Shown here: positions 48,806 to 57,685 of the stretch, piece by piece
Layout of the letters: each line of letters begins with the position of its first letter
How positions within the stretch are numbered: the first letter of the stretch is position 1
DNA from: Bacilli bacterium
GTDB taxonomy: Bacteria > Bacillota_I > Bacilli_A > RF39 > UBA660
DNA length: 64,000 nt
Assembly (NCBI GenBank): GCA_017478105.1
Contig: JAFVEF010000037.1
Coordinates: 5,945-69,944, forward strand
Direction of reading: 5' to 3'
Made by a program: the position numbers and the translations under genes
The notes under the pieces: generated by a model
Told to the model about the DNA's origin: nothing
Seen by the model: the letters and a program-made list of their open reading frames with translations, nothing else
Databases searched by the model: none

Positions 48806-49552
48806 CTATAATTTCTTACAACTAGTAATCTCTTTATTATAACCATTTTCACATGCTAATGATATTTGTCCATTTGAAATTAAGTATGTTTCGCCATAAA
48901 TACTAACGTTACCATCATTATCAATCAAAATATGACTGCCATTGCATTGTCCGTATATTATTCTATTATTTGATTCTGATAATATTGCATTTCTTTGGTA
49001 TTTTTCAGATTCATCAAAATTAGAATCATCTAATATAAAATGAGGTTCAATATTAATATTGGTTAATCCTAAACCTTGGAAAAATTCTGGTTCTGATTTT
49101 TCCATTTCTTCAGGACTATTAAATACATCATCTGCCATATTAATTGCTCCAGCACTTTGTCCAATAATTAATCCATTAAAGTTTTCTAGTTTTTCTCTTA
49201 AATGAATTTTTTTAAAAAATTCATTTTGAATATATGTATCTCCTCCACTTAAGAAAATCATATTTGCTTTATCTATGTATTCTTGAGCATTGTCTACTGT
49301 TGAACTATCTAATACTAAGTATTCATTAAAAGAAATACCAGATAATTTAAGTCCTTCAAATAATAATTTAGTATATAATTCTATCTTTTCTTTATCATCA
49401 GGAGAAGATGCAATAAATAATATTGCGTTATTACCATTCAAACTATTTTTTATTTGATTGACAATTCCATTAGAATTATCTAATTCATTAGTTACTTTTT
49501 CTCCATTTACTTTATGATAATGTTTAAAATCACTCATTAATATTTTTATCAT
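48806..49552 (-). CDS. Peptidase S51 / type-1 glutamine-amidotransferase-like protein (dipeptidase E family)
   Basis: 248 aa. FLSGGDT and nucleophile elbow IIGQSAGAI. Confidence 0.6.
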   Translation of the reverse strand: MIKILMSDFKHYHKVNGEKVTNELDNSNGIVNQIKNSLNGNNAILFIASSPDDKEKIELYTKLLFEGLKLSGISFNEYLVLDSSTVDNAQEYIDKANMIFLSGGDTYIQNEFFKKIHLREKLENFNGLIIGQSAGAINMADDVFNSPEEMEKSEPEFFQGLGLTNINIEPHFILDDSNFDESEKYQRNAILSESNNRIIYGQCNGSHILIDNDGNVSIYGETYLISNGQISLACENGYNKEITSCKKL

Positions 49553-49590
49553 AATTTACCTTCTTTCACGTGTTTATAAAATTATTTCAA

Positions 49591-49703
49591 TTTTTTATTA
49601 TTAGGTTGCATAATCACCATATTAATTCCTCAACTATTTTGAATTAAAAATAGTCATTTTTTACTAATTTTTGGCTATGTTAACATATTTTTATATAAAA
49701 CAG
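49591..49703 (-). repeat. Conserved promoter/leader module, copy 3 (upstream of the S51 gene)
   Basis: Shares blocks with 54005-54121: AAAAATATGTTAA(C/A)AT, AGTAAAAAATGACTATTTTT, AGGAATTA, GGTGATTA(T/C)GC(A/C)ACCTAATAATAAAAAA. Confidence 0.6.
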
Positions 49704-49721
49704 GAACTATCCGTGGAATTT

Positions 49722-50570
49722 TTATTTTTCTATTAATTTATCTTCATCTATATATCGGTAGTTTAAAGAATTGTCTTTAGAAATTGCATTTAATCCTGTA
49801 ACTTCTTCATAAAACTCTTTTGTTTTCTTCGCAACACTACCACCCTTTTTAGCAACTTTTCTATTTTCAGAAAGGCCAATTGGTTTTTCTCTTTGAGCGA
49901 TATGTCTTGTCGTTAGTTCTCCCAAATCTGTCAATGCAACTTCAATATCAGTCATATTGTCTCTTAAATTTTCCTTATGAATACCTTTATATGATTTATA
50001 CTCTTGGGCATTCATTCCTGACCATTCTTTATAGATCTCATTTGTTAAAATACCATATTCAAAGTCTTTTGTAATTCCTCCATCTTTCCAAATATCAGTT
50101 AATTTATTTCTATCTAGTGTTGCTTTTATTCTAGCTTCAATCCATTTATCATCATATCCTTTTTTTCTATAATAGTCTATCGCTCTCTTAATAGCTTTTT
50201 CAGGATCAAATACTTCATCTATTCTTTCGCTACCTAACTGAGCTAACCATAATTTAAATGGTTCAGCTTTGGGAGAAGGAACTGATTCAATCAATCTTAG
50301 AATACCTTTCGTATCAAGTGTATCTGTTTCTCTCATTTTTCCATCTTTAGCTTTTAATTTCAACTGCACGATTTTTTCGTGCACTTCACTCCCTTCATCA
50401 ATTAACTTTCTTTTTAAGTCACTCCAGTAGTTTCTTGGAATATTAGCATCAGTTAATGCAGCTATTACATCTACGACACTAAAGTAATAATCTTCTTTTT
50501 CAGAATCCCAGATGCTTCTAATTTCTTTTCCTTCAAATAGATTTGTAATTGTAGATAATTTATTATTCAT
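49722..50570 (-). CDS. BRO-N domain-containing protein
   Basis: 282 aa. N-terminus FEGKEIRSIWDSEKEDYYFSVVDVIAALTD...LDTKGILRLIESVPSPKAEPFKLWLA is typical of the Bro-N fold. Confidence 0.65.
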   Translation of the reverse strand: MNNKLSTITNLFEGKEIRSIWDSEKEDYYFSVVDVIAALTDANIPRNYWSDLKRKLIDEGSEVHEKIVQLKLKAKDGKMRETDTLDTKGILRLIESVPSPKAEPFKLWLAQLGSERIDEVFDPEKAIKRAIDYYRKKGYDDKWIEARIKATLDRNKLTDIWKDGGITKDFEYGILTNEIYKEWSGMNAQEYKSYKGIHKENLRDNMTDIEVALTDLGELTTRHIAQREKPIGLSENRKVAKKGGSVAKKTKEFYEEVTGLNAISKDNSLNYRYIDEDKLIEK

Positions 50571-50856
50571 TTAATTCCCCCTAACAATAATTTTTCATCT
50601 AATAATATTATACTATATTATTTATAATATCAAACGTTTTTTCGGTATAAAAATATATAATATAAAAAATTAAAATAAGGGGAGGTTCACAGTACAATCT
50701 CACTACTCAACTTCTACCAAAAAATGCATATTTTTTTATTAGTAAACCATAAAAAAAACACTTTTTAGTGAATTTTTTGCAAAAAAAGTGTAAGATCTAA
50801 ATATTAAAAATTTCGTTGAAAAATAAAGAAATCATATAAGGGGTCCACAAAAACAA

Positions 50857-50904
50857 TTACAACCAATTGATTGCGGTATTATTAAGACTTTTTTCGTTTT
50901 TCAT
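50857..50904 (-). repeat. Diverged decoy of the rbgA 5' end (MKNEKSLNNTAINWL*)
   Basis: 15-codon ORF whose N..NT.INW mirrors rbgA MDNKTNINW. Begins 1 nt after the stop of the VOC pseudogene. Confidence 0.45.
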
Positions 50905-50905
50905 T

Positions 50906-51255
50906 CTAATCACTTCCTTTAGCTTTAGTTGTTAATTCTATATGATTTCCTTCACTATCAATAAATTCAACTACATAATTATTATCTATTTTTGTTAAAG
51001 GAAAACAAATCTCTAGCTTTTCTATTTTTCTTTTTAGTGTTTCTATACTATCTACTTCTATACTTGGCAAACAATTACTTCCAAAGGTATGATGCTCATT
51101 CATTTTTTGATATGCAAATCAAATCTAAAACCATCAACATCAAATACAGAATAAATAGAATCATTTTTTATAGGACTTTTTTCAAAAAAACTTGTATAAA
51201 AATTGATAGCTCTTTCCATATCATTAACACAAATATACAATGACTTTATTTTCAC
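50906..51255 (-). pseudogene. VOC (glyoxalase/bleomycin-resistance) family gene, frameshifted
   Basis: GTG 51255 gives VKIKSLYICVNDMERAINFYTSFFEK...GFRFDLHIKK*. The sequence continues in another frame as MNEHHTFGSN... The break is at an A6 run (about 51104-51109 on the plus-strand T-run); A7 would restore the frame. Confidence 0.65.
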
Positions 51256-51272
51256 TAACGTATCATCTCCAA

Positions 51273-52274
51273 TTAATTATTATTCTCTTCTAAATATTTA
51301 TTGTAAAACTCATCCATTGAAGAAATATATTTTTGATCTTGTATTACTCTATATTTCTCATATTCATTTTCTGCTTTTTCAATCGCTTCTTTATGTGAAA
51401 CATTGCCAGAATTATCTAGCAATTTTTTTCTTCTAAATTTTAATAAATCATCGGTTGCATTTATCCAATCCTGCATAGTCATAACATGTCTTTCTTTGGC
51501 CTCGTCTTCTGCAAATACTAAAAATATATTTGTTAAATCATTTAGCTTAGAAAGTTCTTCTTCATTCAAATAATTTTTAGCAACACTTACATCATATTTA
51601 TATATTAATCCATCAGGAGAATTTTTCCAATTAGTTAAGCCCATATGTTCTTTTTTTGAATCAGCTCTACTATATATTAATTCTGCTGCAGTATGTCCAC
51701 TAATTGCATAATGAAGCTTATTTTGTACTATTTTAAAGAATGTATATGCTTCTTCTGACTTCGAATTGTAGTCAGTTGAAGTTACAATAAATAAATCTGT
51801 TATCTTTTGATAAGACATTCTTTCACTTACACGAATTGTCTTAATTCTTTCAAGTAGTTCATCAAAGTATTTTGTATCATACTTATTTCCTCTAATGAAT
51901 CTTTCATCATTTAAAGCAAAGCCTTTTTGAATATATTCTTTTAATACTTTGGTAGCCCATATTCTAAAATCAGTAGCTTTTTTTGAATTAACTCTATATC
52001 CAACAGCGATAATAGCATCTAAGTTATATATTTTTGTTTTATAGTTTTTACCATCAGAAGCAGTTACCGAGGAATCCTCGGTAACTGAAGTTTCATCAAG
52101 TTCTTTGTCTTTAAAAATGTTTTTTAGATGTAAAGAAATATTATCAGTACTACAATCAAAAACTTTTGACATTCCTTTTTGTGTAAGCCATAAAGTTTCA
52201 TCTTTGTATATTGCATCAACAATAATATCACCATCACTATTTTTATATATCAATAAATTATTAGATTCATTCAT
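51273..52274 (-). CDS. RhuM-family protein
   Basis: 333 aa. LIYKNSDGDIIVDAIYKDETLWLTQKGMSKVFD..., IIAVGYRVNSKKATDFRIWATKVLKEYIQKGF, then a Fic/DOC-adjacent style C-terminus. Confidence 0.7.
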   Translation of the reverse strand: MNESNNLLIYKNSDGDIIVDAIYKDETLWLTQKGMSKVFDCSTDNISLHLKNIFKDKELDETSVTEDSSVTASDGKNYKTKIYNLDAIIAVGYRVNSKKATDFRIWATKVLKEYIQKGFALNDERFIRGNKYDTKYFDELLERIKTIRVSERMSYQKITDLFIVTSTDYNSKSEEAYTFFKIVQNKLHYAISGHTAAELIYSRADSKKEHMGLTNWKNSPDGLIYKYDVSVAKNYLNEEELSKLNDLTNIFLVFAEDEAKERHVMTMQDWINATDDLLKFRRKKLLDNSGNVSHKEAIEKAENEYEKYRVIQDQKYISSMDEFYNKYLEENNN

Positions 52275-52312
52275 ATTACACCATCCTTTCTATTGGTCTT
52301 GACTAGCTGTTC

Positions 52313-52410
52313 TCACCATATCAATTCCTAAGCAATTTTTACTTATAATTACCATATTACCACTATTTTTCATCAATTTTAGTAAATTATATTCTAAAAC
52401 ATGCAATATC
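52313..52410 (-). repeat. Conserved promoter/leader module, copy 2 (upstream of RhuM; more diverged)
   Basis: On the minus strand: ATTGCATGTTTTAGA...TAAAAT...GGAATTGATATGGTGA. Shares its ends with the modules at 54005-54121 and 49591-49703. Confidence 0.45.
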
Positions 52411-52457
52411 TATTTTAACTTTTCCTTTTTATTACAAGGATTTGGGAGTAGTCTTGA

Positions 52458-52505
52458 CTAAATTGTTATTAACCAGTTTATATTAGTTTTATTTTCACTA
52501 TTCAT
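52458..52505 (-). repeat. Decoy of the rbgA 5' end (MNSENKTNINWLITI*)
   Basis: Contains the 23-nt core aaccagtttatattagttttatt (52471-52493), identical to rbgA 48638-48660. Confidence 0.75.
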
Positions 52506-53491
52506 TTGGATCAACTCCTTTATCAGGCAATGATTTCATTAATAAATCAAAATCGCTTTGTAGTTCTTTCATTTCTCTTTCTCTATATATTTGAAATTCT
52601 TTTTCGGCTTTTTTTATTGTTTCTTCATGAGATACTTTACCATTACCTTCAAGTATTTTTCTTCTATTTAATAATATTTGATTATCAAGTTCTGCAACCC
52701 AATCATTCATTTTCATTGTTCTTTGTTCCAAAGCTTGTAATTCTGCAAAGTCCAAGAATTGAGATACTAATAAATTTAATCTTTGAAGTTCAATTTCTGA
52801 TAAATAATTTTTTGCTATTTTAACATCATCTATTGTTACATAATTACCTTTAAAATTAGTCATTCCAATATATGGTTTTTCGTTATCTACTCTGTTATAT
52901 ATTAATTCTGCTGCGGTTTGTTCGTGTACTGCATAATGTAATTTATTTTGAACAGTAGCAAAGAATTTTTTTGTTATTTCACTTCTAGGGTCATAATCTA
53001 CTTGTTGCATAAATATCAGTTACTTGTTGATAAAAATTCCTTTCACTAGAACGAATATCTCTTATTCTTTGAAGTAATTCCTTAAAATATCTATTACCAC
53101 CAAGACTCAATCTATTATCGTCCATAGTAAAACCTTTTTGTATATATTCATGTAATCTTTGTGTAGCCCAAATTCTAAATCTTACAGCTATATCAGATTG
53201 AACTCTATATCCTAAGGCAATTATCATATCCAAATTGTAATGGTCTATACTTCTTTTAACTTCCCTGTTACCTTCTTTTTGAACTTGCAAGAATTTCTTG
53301 CAAGTTGATTTAGGTAGTTCATTATCGTTATAAATATTATTAATATGTTGTTCTATATTCTGCCTTGTAGTTTTATAAATATCAGCAAGTTGATATTTTG
53401 TTAACCAAACATCCTCATCAATAAATTTAACATCTACGCAAGTTTTGCCATCTTTATCTTCATATATTAATACTTCATTTTTATTATCCAT
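52498..53491 (-). pseudogene. Second RhuM-family gene, frameshifted
   Basis: ORFs 52991-53491 and 52498-53010 are the N-terminal and C-terminal halves of a RhuM homologue in different frames. The break is at ...DIYATS/VDYDPRS, around 52995-53005. Confidence 0.75.
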
Positions 53492-53508
53492 AATTGCCTC
53501 CTTTACTA

Positions 53509-53958
53509 TTATTCAATATCATTTCTTCTTACAAAATCATTATATACCCAATCAGGTGCGTAATCTAAAACATATGATAATTCATCAATTAATTCTTTTT
53601 TAGTCATTGAACTAATATACTTTCGTGTTTTATTATATAACTTTTCTTGATAATCTTCATATTCTTCTTGCAATCTTTCTTGTTCTTCTTCAAAGTTTTT
53701 TGCTTCTTTTGGAAATGCAGTAAAGAATGTTGCTACTATATGCTTACATATTATTCTTTTTCCATTTGCTAATGGACAAGTACAAGTGGATTTTCTAGGG
53801 TGTGATACATCTAAATAAACGTTATAATTATTAGTACCAATTACTGTACTTGTATATTCATAATCATTTATTTTTTTCAAATTTATTATTTTATTTTTTT
53901 TATAATAATCTAATCCTCGCCAACATGAAGCACCACTAGCTGATGAAATTACACTCAT
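53509..53958 (-). CDS. SWIM zinc-finger domain protein
   Basis: 149 aa. CTCPLANGKRIICKHIVA matches CxC-Xn-CxH. Confidence 0.65.
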   Translation of the reverse strand: MSVISSASGASCWRGLDYYKKNKIINLKKINDYEYTSTVIGTNNYNVYLDVSHPRKSTCTCPLANGKRIICKHIVATFFTAFPKEAKNFEEEQERLQEEYEDYQEKLYNKTRKYISSMTKKELIDELSYVLDYAPDWVYNDFVRRNDIE

Positions 53959-54004
53959 TTTAACACCTCCATTACCACGAACTACTTTACCGTAATCATA
54001 GTAC

Positions 54005-54121
54005 TTTTTTATTATTAGGTGGCGTAATCACCTCAATAATTCCTATCACTTTTTGCATAAAAAATAGTCATTTTTTACTGATTTATATCTATTTTAACAT
54101 ATTTTTGTATTAAACATGCAA
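54005..54121 (-). repeat. Conserved promoter/leader module, copy 1 (upstream of the SWIM gene)
   Basis: On the minus strand: TTGCAT, 18 nt, TGTTAAAAT (extended -10), then a leader with AGTAAAAAATGACTATTTTTT...GGAATTATTGAGGTGATTACGCCACCTAATAATAAAAAA. Confidence 0.6.
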
Positions 54122-54160
54122 GATGTTATATCTCTCAATTCCTTATTTTATTGAAGTTTT

Positions 54161-54217
54161 CTTATGTTCTTGTATAAATCGTAATCAACCAGTTTATATT
54201 AGTTTTATTTTCATTCA
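54161..54217 (-). repeat. Decoy of the rbgA 5' end with promoter (MNENKTNINWLITIYTRT*)
   Basis: The 23-nt core at 54186-54208 is identical to rbgA. Upstream, 54218-54270 mirrors the rbgA RBS, TGnTATAAT and terminator-hairpin layout at 48667-48720. Confidence 0.75.
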
Positions 54218-54353
54218 TAGAAATCACTTTCTAATGACCAAATTATAACATAAAAGAGTAGATTCCTCTACTCTATCTCCTTGAAATACTATTAGTTTAT
54301 TTCAAAACAATTATTTGGACATCTGACAATCATTTTTCACTTAGTAATGATAT

Positions 54354-54755
54354 TTATACGTTTTCATCAAACACTGCTGTTAATTCAGTAGCCCCACTTA
54401 CAGTTATTTCTAATTCGGAATCAGTTGAATAATCCTTATTATCTTTAGTCCATTTTACAAATTTATAACCAGCATCAGCCTTACAATTAATTTTAACATT
54501 CTCTGCCTTATCAAGTTTTACATAAACTTGTTGATTTGGCCTTTCATCATTAAAATCTATTTTTCTCGCATCATCAATGTAGTATGAAACTTGTCCTAAC
54601 CCTTCAGTTTCTAATAATAAATAAATATCCCCTTTACTATCAATTACCTCTTCACTCTTATTATCTTGTTTATTATTTCTACAACCAGCCAAAACAAATA
54701 AAGAAACAAATAGCACTAAAACAACAAATAGATTAGATATTTTTTTCATATACAA
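54354..54755 (-). CDS. Lipoprotein (hypothetical)
   Basis: 133 aa. Signal peptide with lipobox LFVLAG/C. Confidence 0.7.
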   Translation of the reverse strand: MYMKKISNLFVVLVLFVSLFVLAGCRNNKQDNKSEEVIDSKGDIYLLLETEGLGQVSYYIDDARKIDFNDERPNQQVYVKLDKAENVKINCKADAGYKFVKWTKDNKDYSTDSELEITVSGATELTAVFDENV

Positions 54756-54801
54756 CTCACCTTTTAACTAGATTATATCATACTTCTAATTCTACTATTT
54801 A

Positions 54802-55623
54802 TTAAATATAACTATTTTTTTTCATAGCAATTAAATTATCAACAATCATACTAACAGTCATTGGACCTACTCCTCCTGGAACAGGAGTAATAAATAAAGC
54901 TTTGTCTTTAACACTTTCATAATCAAAATCACCACATAAAGAATTATTTATTCTGTTAATTCCAACATCAACACAAATAACACCATTCTTAACATAATCA
55001 CCAGTAATTAATTTAGGAATACCAACAGCACTAATAACAATATCAGCATTCTTTGTATATAAATGCAAATCTTTTGTTTTAGAATGACAAAGAGTTACCG
55101 TTGCATCTCTATTCTCTAAAGCTAAAGCTAATGGCTTCCCAACAATATTACTTCTTCCTATAATACAAACATTTGCCCCTTTTAAACTGATTTTATAATG
55201 TTCTAACAATTTAATGATACCTTTAACAGTACAAGGTATTATTGTTTCATTATTTATATATAAGTTATAAATATTATTCTTAGTAAGCCCATCAACATCT
55301 TTAGATGAATCAATTAATTCTACCATCTTATTAAAATCAATACCTGGAATAGGACTTTGTAAAATGATACCAGTTACTTTGGAATCATTATTAAGATTAT
55401 TTATCAATTCTTTAAGACTTTTCTCATCACCATTATCTATATGATAAAGATTAACTTTTACTCCAACAGACTCACAATATTTAATTTTATTTCGAATATA
55501 AATATCACTAGAGATATTATTACCAACTTGAATAATTGAAAGTAAAATATCTAAATCAGATACAATTTTTTTATATTCAGAAACTAACTCATCACTGTAT
55601 TTTTTTCCATCAAGCAATTGCAT
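54802..55623 (-). CDS. folD: Bifunctional methylenetetrahydrofolate dehydrogenase/cyclohydrolase
   Basis: 273 aa. VQVGNNISSDIYIRNK, GIILQSP, CIIGRSNIVGKPLA, PVPGGVGPMT. Confidence 0.93.
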   Translation of the reverse strand: MQLLDGKKYSDELVSEYKKIVSDLDILLSIIQVGNNISSDIYIRNKIKYCESVGVKVNLYHIDNGDEKSLKELINNLNNDSKVTGIILQSPIPGIDFNKMVELIDSSKDVDGLTKNNIYNLYINNETIIPCTVKGIIKLLEHYKISLKGANVCIIGRSNIVGKPLALALENRDATVTLCHSKTKDLHLYTKNADIVISAVGIPKLITGDYVKNGVICVDVGINRINNSLCGDFDYESVKDKALFITPVPGGVGPMTVSMIVDNLIAMKKNSYI

Positions 55624-55721
55624 CTTTTCACTCCTCCACTTAAAAATTATATCAGAAAAGAGTAGATCATTCTACTCTTTCTTAATTAGTGATAATCATT
55701 TACATAAATTTATTTTAACCA

Positions 55722-57530
55722 TTACTCAATACATTTTTTTCTATATGCCAAATAAATACCACCGATAACTATGCCAACAATAGTCAATACAAATACAATA
55801 CCACTAATTGTTTCAGGATTAACTATACTCAGTTTTAAAGTACTGTAATTGGATATACGATTATTAAAAGAAGTAGTATAAACCTTGTTTCCATCATGAA
55901 TATATTCAGCATTTTTTCCAAGTATAAAATTAGTTGAATCAGCATCCACAACAATTATTTTTAAAGCATCATTATTTTTATTAATAAAACCATTATCAAT
56001 AACAGTTATTTCACCTAAAGAAGCGATTGATGGTACATCTGTTATTGACTCAGAAACAAATTCTGAATTTTTTATTAAAAACTTGCCAAGAGAAATAACC
56101 GGTGAATAACTAGATAATTCTAAAGTAGTATTTTTATTTGAAGCATAAAACTTAGAATCAATAATATCTAATCCATTAGTAACAATTCCAGATGATAAAG
56201 AAACTGTAGTATTATTGAATGTAGTTTTTCCATGAATAGTAGCTTTTTCATCTATTTTTAAACTACCTCCACTTACTTCTAAATCACCATTAAATACTTG
56301 TACATAACCACGATTTGAATTCTTACCAACCACAATAATCTCAGAGTTGATATAATTAGTATTTTTATCAGACACAATTCCTTCATCAACTTCAATATGA
56401 GATTTATCAATTATCATTTTCCCATCATGAGCTTCTAAATAGCCTTTTTTTGAATTATTTCCAGTAATAATGACACTAGAATTTTTAACAGTCAAATCAT
56501 TCAAAGCATAAACATCTTTATCGGCATTCACTGAAGAATTTAATATAGAAAGATTGCCATTTCCAGATTGAAGATACCCATTATTACTATAACTACCACT
56601 TAAAGTTACCGTAGAATCCTCTACCATCATATCAGCACCACTTGTAATACTATTAATAACATTAACAATAGAATTTTTAATTGTCATAGCCCCACTTGAT
56701 GATTGTATCCATCCCTGATTATGATCATTAAATTGTTTAGCATATATACTTTCTTTATTAAGTGCATTTATAGTAGAATCAATTATTTCTATATTTTCTC
56801 CACCCTGAATACCAAACAAAAATGATACTTCAGAATTACTAAACTTAATATCATTAGGAGCTTCCATATAACCCCATTCATCATCTAAAACCACTTTAGA
56901 ATCACTAATTGTTATTGAACCTTCTTCAGTATATATTCGTCCTTCAGCATAAATATCTGAATTATTTTTTATAAATATATCCCCATAATAAGAATGTATA
57001 TTACCAGTTGCTGTATTATTTGTAGATTCAACAAATCCATAAGTATTTTCACATGTTATTATACTATTATCAATAATAATATCATCTTCTGAATTGATGG
57101 AACCTTCTGAATAATAATCATGCCCCTCAAGATAAATTGCAGAATTTTTAATTTCTAACTCACCATTAGCAGTAATTGAATATCCATGTGCCTTTAAATT
57201 TTCAATTAACAAATCACCATCATTCCAAATAACAATACCAATTAAATCAGCAGTATCTTGTTTAACTTCTAATCCATATAAAGAACTACTAATTTCATAA
57301 TTTGCTTTTTTTAAAATAGTAAGTTCATCATCTTCAAATATAAAAAAATCATCAAAATTAGTTATTTCTTCACCTGTATAATAATTCCATCCTTGAACCG
57401 AAGATAATTCATCATAATCATCAATAGAAATTCTAATATTATCATAAATATCATCTTCAACTGCATACACATTAGGAATAAATAAAATCGTAAAAACTAA
57501 TAATAAAACTAAAAATATTTTTCTAAACAT
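55722..57530 (-). CDS. Secreted repeat (beta-helix-like) surface protein with a C-terminal anchor
   Basis: Signal peptide ...IPNVYA/VEDD. Roughly 37-aa degenerate repeats (..GxNSxxGYxxxxxGxLxIxxSxV..). C-terminus is NPETISG, a hydrophobic stretch, then RKKCIE. Confidence 0.6.
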   Translation of the reverse strand: MFRKIFLVLLLVFTILFIPNVYAVEDDIYDNIRISIDDYDELSSVQGWNYYTGEEITNFDDFFIFEDDELTILKKANYEISSSLYGLEVKQDTADLIGIVIWNDGDLLIENLKAHGYSITANGELEIKNSAIYLEGHDYYSEGSINSEDDIIIDNSIITCENTYGFVESTNNTATGNIHSYYGDIFIKNNSDIYAEGRIYTEEGSITISDSKVVLDDEWGYMEAPNDIKFSNSEVSFLFGIQGGENIEIIDSTINALNKESIYAKQFNDHNQGWIQSSSGAMTIKNSIVNVINSITSGADMMVEDSTVTLSGSYSNNGYLQSGNGNLSILNSSVNADKDVYALNDLTVKNSSVIITGNNSKKGYLEAHDGKMIIDKSHIEVDEGIVSDKNTNYINSEIIVVGKNSNRGYVQVFNGDLEVSGGSLKIDEKATIHGKTTFNNTTVSLSSGIVTNGLDIIDSKFYASNKNTTLELSSYSPVISLGKFLIKNSEFVSESITDVPSIASLGEITVIDNGFINKNNDALKIIVVDADSTNFILGKNAEYIHDGNKVYTTSFNNRISNYSTLKLSIVNPETISGIVFVLTIVGIVIGGIYLAYRKKCIE

Positions 57531-57685
57531 AACTACTCTCCTATACTACTAAAGTATACATAAAAAAATAAAATCACTCAAGGTTAATTATTTATCACTA
57601 TACACTTATTTACTTATTTTTTATAAAAAAATTCAATAAATTCTTATTTTATAAAAAGCATAATAAAAGAATACCAAGGGTATTC

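Noticed and set aside
50670-50850. Two strong SD-like plus-strand motifs (ATAAGGGGAGGTTCAC at about 50676 and ATAAGGGGTCCAC at about 50836) suggested hidden small ORFs.
   Set aside because: No start codon lies at a usable distance downstream on that strand. They may be decayed remnants within the cassette junction.
50992-51436. Plus-strand ORFs 50992-51243 and 51203-51436, and 52105-52302.
   Set aside because: They lie opposite the VOC pseudogene and the RhuM gene. They are AT-rich, low-complexity translations.
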